Shown here in pieces: positions 1 to 8,647 of a DNA stretch of 64,000 nt. Under the pieces are notes generated by a model. That model was not told the DNA's origin and did not search any database. It saw only the letters and a list, made by a program, of their open reading frames with translations. The DNA is taken from positions 125,629 to 189,628 of the forward strand of contig JBBQFN010000008.1 of the NCBI GenBank assembly GCA_038321985.1, given 5' to 3'. Position 1 is the first letter of the stretch. Each line of letters begins with the position of its first letter. The translations under genes were made by a program, and so were the position numbers. This DNA comes from Cyanophyceae cyanobacterium (GTDB lineage Bacteria; Cyanobacteriota; Cyanobacteriia; Cyanobacteriales; Laspinemataceae).

Positions 1-496
1 ATATTTTAGAAATTTGGGTAGCATTAAAGTAAATGAATCCCGCTAAAAAGAAAAACAAAACAACCGGAATCGAGTATCCCCCAATTATGCGGTTTCTTAA
101 CTTCAAATGGTCAAACATAATAGATGTGATTGATAATAACTAATGAACACAAATTTAGCCTAATCAAGCAATGAGACCTTTGGGGAGCGTGGGTGATAGT
201 CCCGCAGAGGTAAAGAAAACTGGATAACCTCAACTCTATTAAGGTTTTAGTCTGGTCCCAGGGTTAACGTAGTTGCATCCACAACCCCACGAGGGTTGTC
301 AGCACCCGTCAAGGAGAGCAAAGCCCAGTTTGCCTCTCCCACCAGGGGGGAGAAAAATTAATGGGGGAGAAGGAAAGTAACACCAATTTTTAATGGGAAT
401 AAAGAATAACAGGGAAGGATTTCATACTGAATTTGGGTCTCGAAGGTCTATCAACACCGACCCCCGAGCCGGTGCGGCTACAGGGACCTAGCTGTG

Positions 497-513
497 CTTC
501 GACTGCGCTCAGC
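497..513. repeat. Short dispersed REP-like element (CTTCGACTGCGCTCAGC)
   Basis: Resembles the CTTCGACTnCGCTCAG / CTGAGCGnAGTCGAAG repeat class, recalled from memory. Lies just downstream of the MCP stop. Confidence 0.45.
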
Positions 514-562
514 AGGCGCTTTTCAGAAAAGAAAACAGGTCTTTAGATACCCAGATTTACTA

Positions 563-2011
563 TCAAACTACCGACTTCAGATGCAAAGCTGCTTCTTTGA
601 GTCGTTGGGTCCCAATTTTGATCTGAGTGATCCCCGTGGCACTTTGGGAAGCGCCCTGGTTAAGGTCGTTCATGGCCGTGAGAACTTGTTGGATAGCATC
701 GGCTTGTTCCTTGCTATTGAAAGATATCTCGGCAACATTGACGGAGACTTGATTGATAGCATTCCGCACTCCTTCAAAGGTCGCCGCTGTATCGCCGACA
801 ATGCGGATGCTTTCAGAAACGCTTTCGGAACTTTCGCTGCTGGCAACGACGGTAGATTTGAGGGCTTTTTCGATGTCGGTGACTAGAGTATTAATTTTTT
901 CGGCAGATCGATGACTTTGATCGGCTAATTTGCGAATCTCCGTAGCCACAACCCCAAATCCCTTTCCTTGCTCTCCGGCGCGGACTGCTTCTACGGCAGC
1001 ATTGAGGGCCAGGACGCTGGTTTGAGTGGCTAAATCGCCAACAATTCCGGCGATCGAGCCAATTTGAGTCGCTCGTTCGCTCAATTCGTCAACCCGCGAT
1101 CGCATCACGCCTACAGTTTGTTTCAGCTTTGTCATTTCCTCCAGGGTGCGATCAACTGCTTGAGTCCCGGATCCGGTAAGGGCTAAGGCTTGTTTGGCCC
1201 CTGTAGCCGAGGCGATCGCTTGATGGGCCGCTTGAGCGGCGGAACGATTTAACTGTTGCATTACCACACTGGTTTCATGCACGGATCCAGCTTGCTGCTG
1301 GGCAATCTGTTCCTGTTCTGTGGTGGCGCTGGCAATCTGAGTGGAGGTGCTGACCAGAGTATTGATGATATCCGTCAGGGTAGCGGCGATCGCCCCTCGG
1401 ATAATCGCAAAACCCAGGGGTGAACCAATCAATAAAGCCAGGGACAATAAGGGAATAAAAATAATTTGCGTGCGTTGGTACACTGCTGCTGCTTTTTCCC
1501 GTTCGTGTTGGGCAATTTCTAACTGTAAATTAATTAACTCATTGATTTTCTCCGTGAGCGGGTCGATCGCCTCGTAGAGGTAACCATTAAATTCGTTTAA
1601 AGCAGCTCGGTTATTTGACTGTAAGGCAAGTTGAAGCCGGTCAACATCGCGATCGGCACGGACAAACAATTGTTCAACTTCCCGAGCGATTCTAACCTCC
1701 TGGAGGGTGAGTTGAGTTGCCTGATAAGCCTCCCAGTTCAATTCTCTGCGCTTCATGGCGGTTCTCACCGATTGCAGCGCCTGTTCCATCGTCCATAAAC
1801 CCACATCAGCCTTGTTCACTGCATCAATCACGGCGATTCCGTAATCATCAGAAATGACCTTTAACTGCTGTAATGGCACAACGCGATCGTCATAGATGGT
1901 CTCAACTTGTCGGTCAATATTGGCAAAAGAAATGAGGGAATAAATCCCTAATCCCGCCAGACACAGGGTAGGAATCGCGAATCCTATATAAAGCTTTCGC
2001 CCTAACCTCAT
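563..2011 (-). CDS. Methyl-accepting chemotaxis protein with four-helix-bundle (4HB_MCP-like) sensor
   Basis: TM1, IYDDRVVPLQQL 4HB-type motif, TM2, and a canonical tip QTSVLALNAAVEAVRAGEQGKGFGVVATEIRKLA. Confidence 0.93.
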   Translation of the reverse strand: MRLGRKLYIGFAIPTLCLAGLGIYSLISFANIDRQVETIYDDRVVPLQQLKVISDDYGIAVIDAVNKADVGLWTMEQALQSVRTAMKRRELNWEAYQATQLTLQEVRIAREVEQLFVRADRDVDRLQLALQSNNRAALNEFNGYLYEAIDPLTEKINELINLQLEIAQHEREKAAAVYQRTQIIFIPLLSLALLIGSPLGFAIIRGAIAATLTDIINTLVSTSTQIASATTEQEQIAQQQAGSVHETSVVMQQLNRSAAQAAHQAIASATGAKQALALTGSGTQAVDRTLEEMTKLKQTVGVMRSRVDELSERATQIGSIAGIVGDLATQTSVLALNAAVEAVRAGEQGKGFGVVATEIRKLADQSHRSAEKINTLVTDIEKALKSTVVASSESSESVSESIRIVGDTAATFEGVRNAINQVSVNVAEISFNSKEQADAIQQVLTAMNDLNQGASQSATGITQIKIGTQRLKEAALHLKSVV

Positions 2012-2461
2012 AATTTATTCCTCAAATTGGGCGCGGCGCTCAGGCACTTGTAAGTCGGCACTCGCTAAGGGCTAACCGAATATTCCTTTCTGTTTCTACC
2101 TTACCCTGAACTCGATTGTTTTAGGCCAGTCCATTGTATCCATTGGTACCCCTGTCTGCTCTTTTCCACAGTCATGCTGGATACTTTAAAAGGTTTCTAG
2201 AAAAATTGCCGCCTGATCGAATCGCAAAGTCCCGGTTAAGGTTCACTCACAGTCCAGGGTTCCGGAAGGAACAGTTAAACCAGGCGGGCAGATCCGGGGC
2301 GATCGCACTCCGGAAGAAGACGCTTGCTCACAATACTTTAGATGCGAATTTAGACGGGCGATATCACCCGTCTAAATCAGTTAGATCATTCATAAAGCAC
2401 CCAAAGCCTTAGACTGTAGATGGTACCAAAATTCCCCCTACAAGATTCTACTCAGATCAGC

Positions 2462-3787
2462 CTATAGCAGATCAAACAACTGACGAGCATCACGGTTGAG
2501 TTGTTGAAGGCGAATTTTAGCTTCGCTTAAGGTATGAGCGGTTTCTCGCGCGCTATGATAGGGAGGTTCCAAGCGCTCAAATACTTGCTGAATCGCCGTA
2601 GAGTGTTGGTGACCGGCCTTAGAGATTGCCCGAGTTTGGATTGCCAGTTCGGCGATCGCCCTCCAGATTGGCTCTACATTTTTTCGGTGTTCTTCTAGTT
2701 CAATGGGCTGCAAATTGGGTTCAATTTCCAACTCGGTCACTAGGATATTCACCTGCTGTGCAGATTTTTGGTTTTCGGTGGCTAAAGTTCGCATTTTTGT
2801 TGCCACTGCATCTAAACAGTGACAGTGAAATCCGGGTCGCTGGGACTCTACACCGACATGAAGCGCTAACAAATTTGTTTGAGCCGCTAACTGAGTCACC
2901 CGATGCACCAGTCCATAAATTTGACCCATCTGTGCTTTAAGGGAAAGCATTTTACCTTCTATTTGAGTGACTTGAACCTGGGTAGATTCTACTTCTTGAG
3001 CATGAATACTAGCGGATTGAATTAACGTTTCCACGACAGCGCTAGTTTGACTTAAGTCCTGGGCTTGGTGAATCAAGGTTGTTTCACTGACTAAAATGCT
3101 ATGGGTTATTTCCTTTGCAGAATCTTGGAGAGAAAGGATAGGAAGGGCGACTGCCTCAGTGATTCGGTAAGCCCAGGCCGTAGAAATAGCCAGAGTCAGA
3201 ATAGCTAAAGCCGTACTCCCCACCCACACCCACTCATCTAATGCCAAAATAACAGCTTGAGTGGCTGCGACGTTACCAAGCTGAAGCTGGTTTTGAAGCT
3301 CCATAAAATCATCGAGAGCTTGGCTGATTTCTAGGGAAAGATTGCGACTTTCTGCGGCTGTAAAAGCCCGAATAGCTTGCTCTTTTTTTTGGGTTTGTGT
3401 TAAAGCCATCAAGTATCGATTGAGGGTATCGATTTGAGTTCCTAACTCTTTAATTTTATGTAAGCGAATTTGCAAATCGGAGTTTTCTAGCTGCTTTTCA
3501 AGGGATTGAATCGATTCTTCAAATAATTGAGATTCTTTTTCATATTCGACTAAAAAATCAGCTTCGGGATTGACCAAAAAACTGGCACTATAACGCTGCA
3601 TCTGGGAAAGGCCAGAAACGATGCGTTCCGAACCACTCCGGATTTGTTGTCCTGTGGCATCAGTGTACAGTTTTTGTTGGATGGCCTGGGTATGGCAGGA
3701 AACAACTGCCGCAAAGCTAAGGGATAGCAATAAGGGCACTGAATATCCAAGTAAAATGCGGGTTTTTAGTTTTAACGGGTTGAACAT
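2462..3787 (-). CDS. MCP-like protein with helical periplasmic sensor and degenerate signalling tip
   Basis: Two TM segments. LAAQTNLLAL is retained but followed by HVGVESQRPGFHCHCLDAVATKMRTLA. Lies in the chemosensory cluster. Confidence 0.78.
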   Translation of the reverse strand: MFNPLKLKTRILLGYSVPLLLSLSFAAVVSCHTQAIQQKLYTDATGQQIRSGSERIVSGLSQMQRYSASFLVNPEADFLVEYEKESQLFEESIQSLEKQLENSDLQIRLHKIKELGTQIDTLNRYLMALTQTQKKEQAIRAFTAAESRNLSLEISQALDDFMELQNQLQLGNVAATQAVILALDEWVWVGSTALAILTLAISTAWAYRITEAVALPILSLQDSAKEITHSILVSETTLIHQAQDLSQTSAVVETLIQSASIHAQEVESTQVQVTQIEGKMLSLKAQMGQIYGLVHRVTQLAAQTNLLALHVGVESQRPGFHCHCLDAVATKMRTLATENQKSAQQVNILVTELEIEPNLQPIELEEHRKNVEPIWRAIAELAIQTRAISKAGHQHSTAIQQVFERLEPPYHSARETAHTLSEAKIRLQQLNRDARQLFDLL

Positions 3788-4097
3788 AGGTCCGCCGGTG
3801 CAACCAACAAAACATCTTGTTCACCATTCATTCGTTAAACCCTAGAATCCAGAATTCAGAAGGAAGAATATTTCTTTTTAACGCGCAGCAGAGGAGTTTT
3901 TGTCTAAAGGAATCTTTTGGGCTTGTGGGGCCTATGGGCCGGGTAGAGGGATTACACCTTTGGAGGCCTTTTTTAGAGAGTCCTATGCCCCCAATTTCTG
4001 ATTAGATAGGGATGTTACTATCAACGGCCCCATCAGCGATCGCCAGGATATCCCCCCGGGATTGAACCCTAACCTCAGGGCCTAAAAACTGAGTCGG

Positions 4098-5156
4098 TTA
4101 AGGTTCTTCATTCACCTCTAATTCTCCTTGGGTGAGAATTTTAGGTAGATCGAGTAAGCTCATCATTTTTTCCCGGTAAGGTGCCGTACCTCGCAGATAT
4201 TCATCATTGGCGGAGTGAACGGCGGCGGGTATGGGAGCAATTTTAGAGGGGTGCAGATACATGACGTCGCAGACTTCCTGAATGGCAATTCCCGCCACGA
4301 CTTCCTCGACATGAACAACCATCACCTTACTGCCGCGAATGGCATGGGTGATAGGGAGGTTCAAACTTTGGCGAATATCGATTAAGGTGACGATTTCCCC
4401 TCGGAGGTTCATGTTACCGATGATGCGATCGGGACAGCAGGGGATCGGCGTAATCTCTCGAATATCGGTAAATTCCCGAACCGCATTAAGATCGAGACCA
4501 AAATATTCATCGTTTAACCCGATCACGGCGATCGGCATCAATCCCGTGAAATCTTCGCCTTCGGTGGGCTTCATTAAATTATCGGCCCGCTCTTGAAAAA
4601 TTGCCATTTCTTCCTCTGAGGCATGAGGACAGAATCGGCGGTCTTTGTGAAAGAGAGTTTGGGGGAGGGGGATATTGGTACCGTTGAGTTCGGAAATTTG
4701 GGTTTCCGGAGAATCGGCGTATTGGATTAATTGTTCTGGGTTGACCAGCATCACCAATTCTCCTAGGTTCTTGGCGACACCGCTAATGTAATGGTGAGAG
4801 GGCGTGCTGGTTTGTCGTCCGTAGGTTATTTTAGAGGCGATCGCCTCCAGGGGAATGTCTTGTACTTCATGAACTTGATTGACGATTAGCCCAATTTTGA
4901 TGCTTTGCCACTCGATCACGACGATACTATCGGTAATCTGGTAGTCGAGCGATCGCTGGAAAAACCGCAAGTTTAAATCCATGACTGGCAAAATTTCTCC
5001 TCGCAGGTTCACCACTCCCACAATGTCCCGAGGTGCTTCGTCAATCGGAGTTAACGCGGGTAAGAAAAAAATTTCTTGCACCGCATTGGTGGTCACTCCA
5101 TAGCGCGAACCATTTAAGCTAAATATCAAATAACACGGATGTTCGCTCACTTTCAT
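4098..5156 (-). CDS. cheW: Tandem (double) CheW-domain protein
   Basis: Two CheW repeats (VGVVNLRGEILPVMDL and IGNMNLRGEIVTLIDI). Overlaps cheR by 4 bp. Confidence 0.92.
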   Translation of the reverse strand: MKVSEHPCYLIFSLNGSRYGVTTNAVQEIFFLPALTPIDEAPRDIVGVVNLRGEILPVMDLNLRFFQRSLDYQITDSIVVIEWQSIKIGLIVNQVHEVQDIPLEAIASKITYGRQTSTPSHHYISGVAKNLGELVMLVNPEQLIQYADSPETQISELNGTNIPLPQTLFHKDRRFCPHASEEEMAIFQERADNLMKPTEGEDFTGLMPIAVIGLNDEYFGLDLNAVREFTDIREITPIPCCPDRIIGNMNLRGEIVTLIDIRQSLNLPITHAIRGSKVMVVHVEEVVAGIAIQEVCDVMYLHPSKIAPIPAAVHSANDEYLRGTAPYREKMMSLLDLPKILTQGELEVNEEP

Positions 5157-6739
5157 TTCCTCCCGCTTTCTTCATGAATTTTAAGGGCTTTGATTAAATA
5201 TTGTTTTAATTCAGGCAAAGTAATTTTCTCCGAATGTTCTAAGGAATAATCTTTCGGGAGCTTTTCCAGAATATCCAAGGCTATTTGATGCATTTTTTTT
5301 GCTCTTTTTATATCGGATTCTCGTTCATAAATTGCGGCTAGTTCTAAATAAGCCGATAAAGAAAGAGGCGCAATATAAAGAATTCGTTTTAACCAATATT
5401 TGGCCCGTTCTAAATCTCCTTTTTCTTCCGCAATATGAGCCATAATATAGTAAGGTTGGATGGAAAGAGCATCAATAGAAATAGCTTGCTGACAATGCTG
5501 TTCGGCTTGGCGATAATTGCCTAAATTTGCATAAATTTTAGCCATGAGGTAGTAGGCTTGAAAATGTCGAGGTTGCAATTGAATGATGTGCTGTACTGCC
5601 TGGAGCGATTCCTCCAATCGGTCAGCTTTAAAAAGAGTTTCAGCTTTAGTCAAGAGAAGATTGACATCGGAATTTTTAACCCTAGTTTCTGGAGAGGAGG
5701 CTCTAGAACTGTAAATTTTAGGGGGAGTTTTATCACTGGTTATTTTATTCCTAACTGGCTCTAAATTCTGGGGAACGGTTAAAGGGGATGGAAACGGGAC
5801 CGGGCAAGAAGTATTATAAGCCTGATAGGGAGAGAGTGGGAGCTTTACCGAAGCGTTATCCCGGCGTTGATAAACCACGGACTGGGAAAAAACCTTCGGG
5901 TTAAACTGTTCTAAATTTTGGCCGTGAAGTTCAGCGTGAGCCGTGAGCAAGTATCCTCCCGGTCTGAGAGTTTTGGCAAATTTGCCTAAAATTTCACCAA
6001 TAACATGGGATTCAAAATAGACAAAGACATTCCGACAGATAATTAAATCTATGTTAGCCAGTTCACCCATCAAATCGGGAAAGCGATCGCGAGCTAAATT
6101 CCCTAGGCGAAAAGTGACGAGCTGGCGATATTTTTCCTGGATTTTCCAGTGATTCCTGCGGTGCTGGAAATATTCCGGTAGACGTTCAGGTTCTACCATC
6201 CGAAATGACCAAGGGGTGTATAGTCCTTTTTTTGCTTGAGCAATGGACTCTTGATTAATATCGGTTCCTAAAATAAAAAGATTCCAACTTTCCCAGTCTG
6301 GAATCAGTTTTGTAAGCAGAATTGCCAGGGAGTAGGGTTCCTCTCCCGTGGAACATCCGGCACTCCAAATTCTCAGGGAGGGTTTGGAGTTTCCGCCAGT
6401 ATAACTGAGTTGGCGTTGATAGGCAATCAGTTCGGGGAGCAGGACATTTTCAAGTAACCAAAATTGGCCGCTATCTCTAAAAAAATAACTTTCACCTGTA
6501 GTTAAAATGGTGATAAGTTCTCTCCATTCTACTTGAGCCGCGATTCCTAACCCTGTATTATTAGTCGGGTCGATACCCTGCTCTAGTACCTTATAATAAT
6601 CTTCCGGTGAAGATAATTTAAGGGCGCGGATCCGAGACCCGAGTTTACGACATAAAGCCTCCCGATCTTGAGTTCTGATTCGCAAACCCGTATAGTTAGA
6701 AATCAGTTGGACAAAAAGCTGTATTAAAATTTCATTCAT
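5153..6739 (-). CDS. cheR: CheR-type protein-glutamate O-methyltransferase with C-terminal TPR repeats
   Basis: TTGESYFFRD, RIWSAGCSTGEEPYS, GTDIN and ICRNV motifs, then a Pro-rich linker and TPR-like helices. Confidence 0.93.
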   Translation of the reverse strand: MNEILIQLFVQLISNYTGLRIRTQDREALCRKLGSRIRALKLSSPEDYYKVLEQGIDPTNNTGLGIAAQVEWRELITILTTGESYFFRDSGQFWLLENVLLPELIAYQRQLSYTGGNSKPSLRIWSAGCSTGEEPYSLAILLTKLIPDWESWNLFILGTDINQESIAQAKKGLYTPWSFRMVEPERLPEYFQHRRNHWKIQEKYRQLVTFRLGNLARDRFPDLMGELANIDLIICRNVFVYFESHVIGEILGKFAKTLRPGGYLLTAHAELHGQNLEQFNPKVFSQSVVYQRRDNASVKLPLSPYQAYNTSCPVPFPSPLTVPQNLEPVRNKITSDKTPPKIYSSRASSPETRVKNSDVNLLLTKAETLFKADRLEESLQAVQHIIQLQPRHFQAYYLMAKIYANLGNYRQAEQHCQQAISIDALSIQPYYIMAHIAEEKGDLERAKYWLKRILYIAPLSLSAYLELAAIYERESDIKRAKKMHQIALDILEKLPKDYSLEHSEKITLPELKQYLIKALKIHEESGRK

Positions 6740-7141
6740 TTATTTATTTATAGATACCTTGAGACGCCAACTAGGATTGAAAAACTCAGCCTTTATTCTG
6801 GGAAACAGGCTAAGGGACGGGGAAAGGCGATAACAATTTCACCTTGAGGCGCACCGAGATCGAGTTCGATTCAAAATGAAACCATTCCCATTTTGCCCTG
6901 GGTCCCGGAGGATTAGTAGGGACTGGATGGGAGCGAAGAATCCGGTAACCCTCCTGTTCCTTTGTTATAGCTGTTTTCTGGCAATTCGTACCAAACCTAA
7001 ATTGAGCCTGGACTCGACTGCCTTCTAGAATGTGGGAGTCTTGGGCTGTTAATGGGGGGTATAGATCACACAGGACCTTGGAGTAAAGTGGAGGGTGGCA
7101 ATTGGACGAGAAACCGAGGCGGCGATCGCCCAGGGAGTCCG

Positions 7142-8461
7142 TTACGCTAGAGCGGGAAAGCCCCGGTCGGAAAGGGGGTCCGAGCGATCGTAGCCTTTAA
7201 GGTATTTTTCAACCATTTGGATCACCTTTTCACCCTCGGGGGGCTTACTGAGAAAATCGGAGGCTCCATTTAATTTAGCCCGGGTGCGGTCAATAATCCC
7301 ATCCTGACTGGTGAGGATAACAATCGGTGTCTCCCGAAATAGGGTACTTTGTCGTAAAAAATTGCAAAGATTATAGCCATTTGTCTGGGGCATGACCAGA
7401 TCTAAAAAGATAAAATCCGGTTTTTTCTCCGCGAGAATGGCAACCCCTTGCATGGGCTCATGAATGGCGATCATATCGTAGCCGGCGGGTTCAAGGATAC
7501 GAGCCAGAACCTCTGCAACCAGAGGACTATCATCAACACAAGCGATCAATGGTTTTTTTGCAGTCACCGCAGCGCGAACGATGCGCCACTGTTCCAGGGG
7601 GGAAGGCCAATCAGACACGGTTTGTAGAGAGATTTTGCCCTGTTCTACGAAATGATGTAAGGTTCGAGTCACCCCAACGATGGACTGCTTACGCTCGATC
7701 GCCAGGTCCCAAATTGTATTTTCACCGTTGAAGAGGGTGTTGAGGGTTAAAAATGACTCAGAACTGACTTGTTGTTTTAACGCAGTGGGATGGCTTAAGA
7801 CCGGAGACTGGTCGGGGCTAAGATAGTGTAATCCTAGTTTTTCCCACTGTTCCCACATCTGTTCGGCTTTTTGAAAAACCTGAGCTACATCTAGCGCGGA
7901 TAATGAAATACTGCCCGGGACCTCTAATAAATCCAGGGGGCGGGGCTGCCAATGGGCCCTGACTTGGGCATAGGTTGCCAAGTTAAAGAAGGCTTCTAAG
8001 GTAGCGGTCCGAATCAGCGCTTTAGCATGAGTGGGACTGAGCAGATGTTGTTCCATCCCCGTTTGCAGGAGTTGAAATTCCCAGGGTTCTCCTTCGCGGA
8101 CATCTTTGGGATCGACAACAAATTTGGGGGAGTGTTGTCGCAACGCTCTGGACCACCGGCGGACCCGGTGAAGGCTTTCGGTGATGTAAAATAATCGGCC
8201 TTTAACCAAGTAAAAGAGCCATTGGCGATCGCCAAGGGTGGGCGAAGCGCGGTCCTGGGGGGAGGGAGTGGATTGTGCAGCAGTGCGGGGGCGACTTCTG
8301 GACGGGGCGAGATCGCCCGGGGACTTGTGTCCTGGCGCAGGGCTCTGGGAAAATCCGGTGTCTTCCCCTACGCCGATGAGCCATGTCCCCGTCGCTTTTT
8401 GCTGCATCAGTGCGGCTAGCTCACCAGCAATCTTTGCACAGCCGAAAGACTCCAATCTCAT
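7142..8461 (-). CDS. PatA-family response regulator (PATAN domain + C-terminal receiver)
   Basis: N-terminal QQKATGTW ... HRVRRWSRAL PATAN-like region. Receiver motifs IACVDDS, FLDLVMP, ILTSQDG and FLSKP. Confidence 0.85.
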   Translation of the reverse strand: MRLESFGCAKIAGELAALMQQKATGTWLIGVGEDTGFSQSPAPGHKSPGDLAPSRSRPRTAAQSTPSPQDRASPTLGDRQWLFYLVKGRLFYITESLHRVRRWSRALRQHSPKFVVDPKDVREGEPWEFQLLQTGMEQHLLSPTHAKALIRTATLEAFFNLATYAQVRAHWQPRPLDLLEVPGSISLSALDVAQVFQKAEQMWEQWEKLGLHYLSPDQSPVLSHPTALKQQVSSESFLTLNTLFNGENTIWDLAIERKQSIVGVTRTLHHFVEQGKISLQTVSDWPSPLEQWRIVRAAVTAKKPLIACVDDSPLVAEVLARILEPAGYDMIAIHEPMQGVAILAEKKPDFIFLDLVMPQTNGYNLCNFLRQSTLFRETPIVILTSQDGIIDRTRAKLNGASDFLSKPPEGEKVIQMVEKYLKGYDRSDPLSDRGFPALA

Positions 8462-8647
8462 AAGTAGCCGCTCTTGAGTCGATTTTCAATCACTAAGTTA
8501 GCCGGTTTTGAGAATTTTTCACATCAGTATATTTCCCGATCCCTTCTCTGGGGCGAAGCGACATCCCTAAGACTGTGCCGGTAAATGGTTTACTCGGCCT
8601 GGTTTCGGGGGTTCCCAGGTGAGTCACTTCACAGACTGGAGGGAGAT

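Noticed and set aside
494..886. 130-aa plus-strand ORF, representative of the many short overlapping ORFs in the track
   Set aside because: These are antisense or alternate-frame shadows of well-supported genes and carry no recognisable motifs.
2136..2149. GTA-N8-TAC (NtcA-box-like) upstream of the MCP gene
   Set aside because: There is no suitably spaced -10 element on the coding strand, and a 6-bp match is expected by chance many times in 64 kb.
6780..6900. Possible c-di-GMP riboswitch or tRNA fragment upstream of cheR
   Set aside because: Only isolated GGCAAA and GTTCGATTC words are present; the required stems or cloverleaf could not be built.
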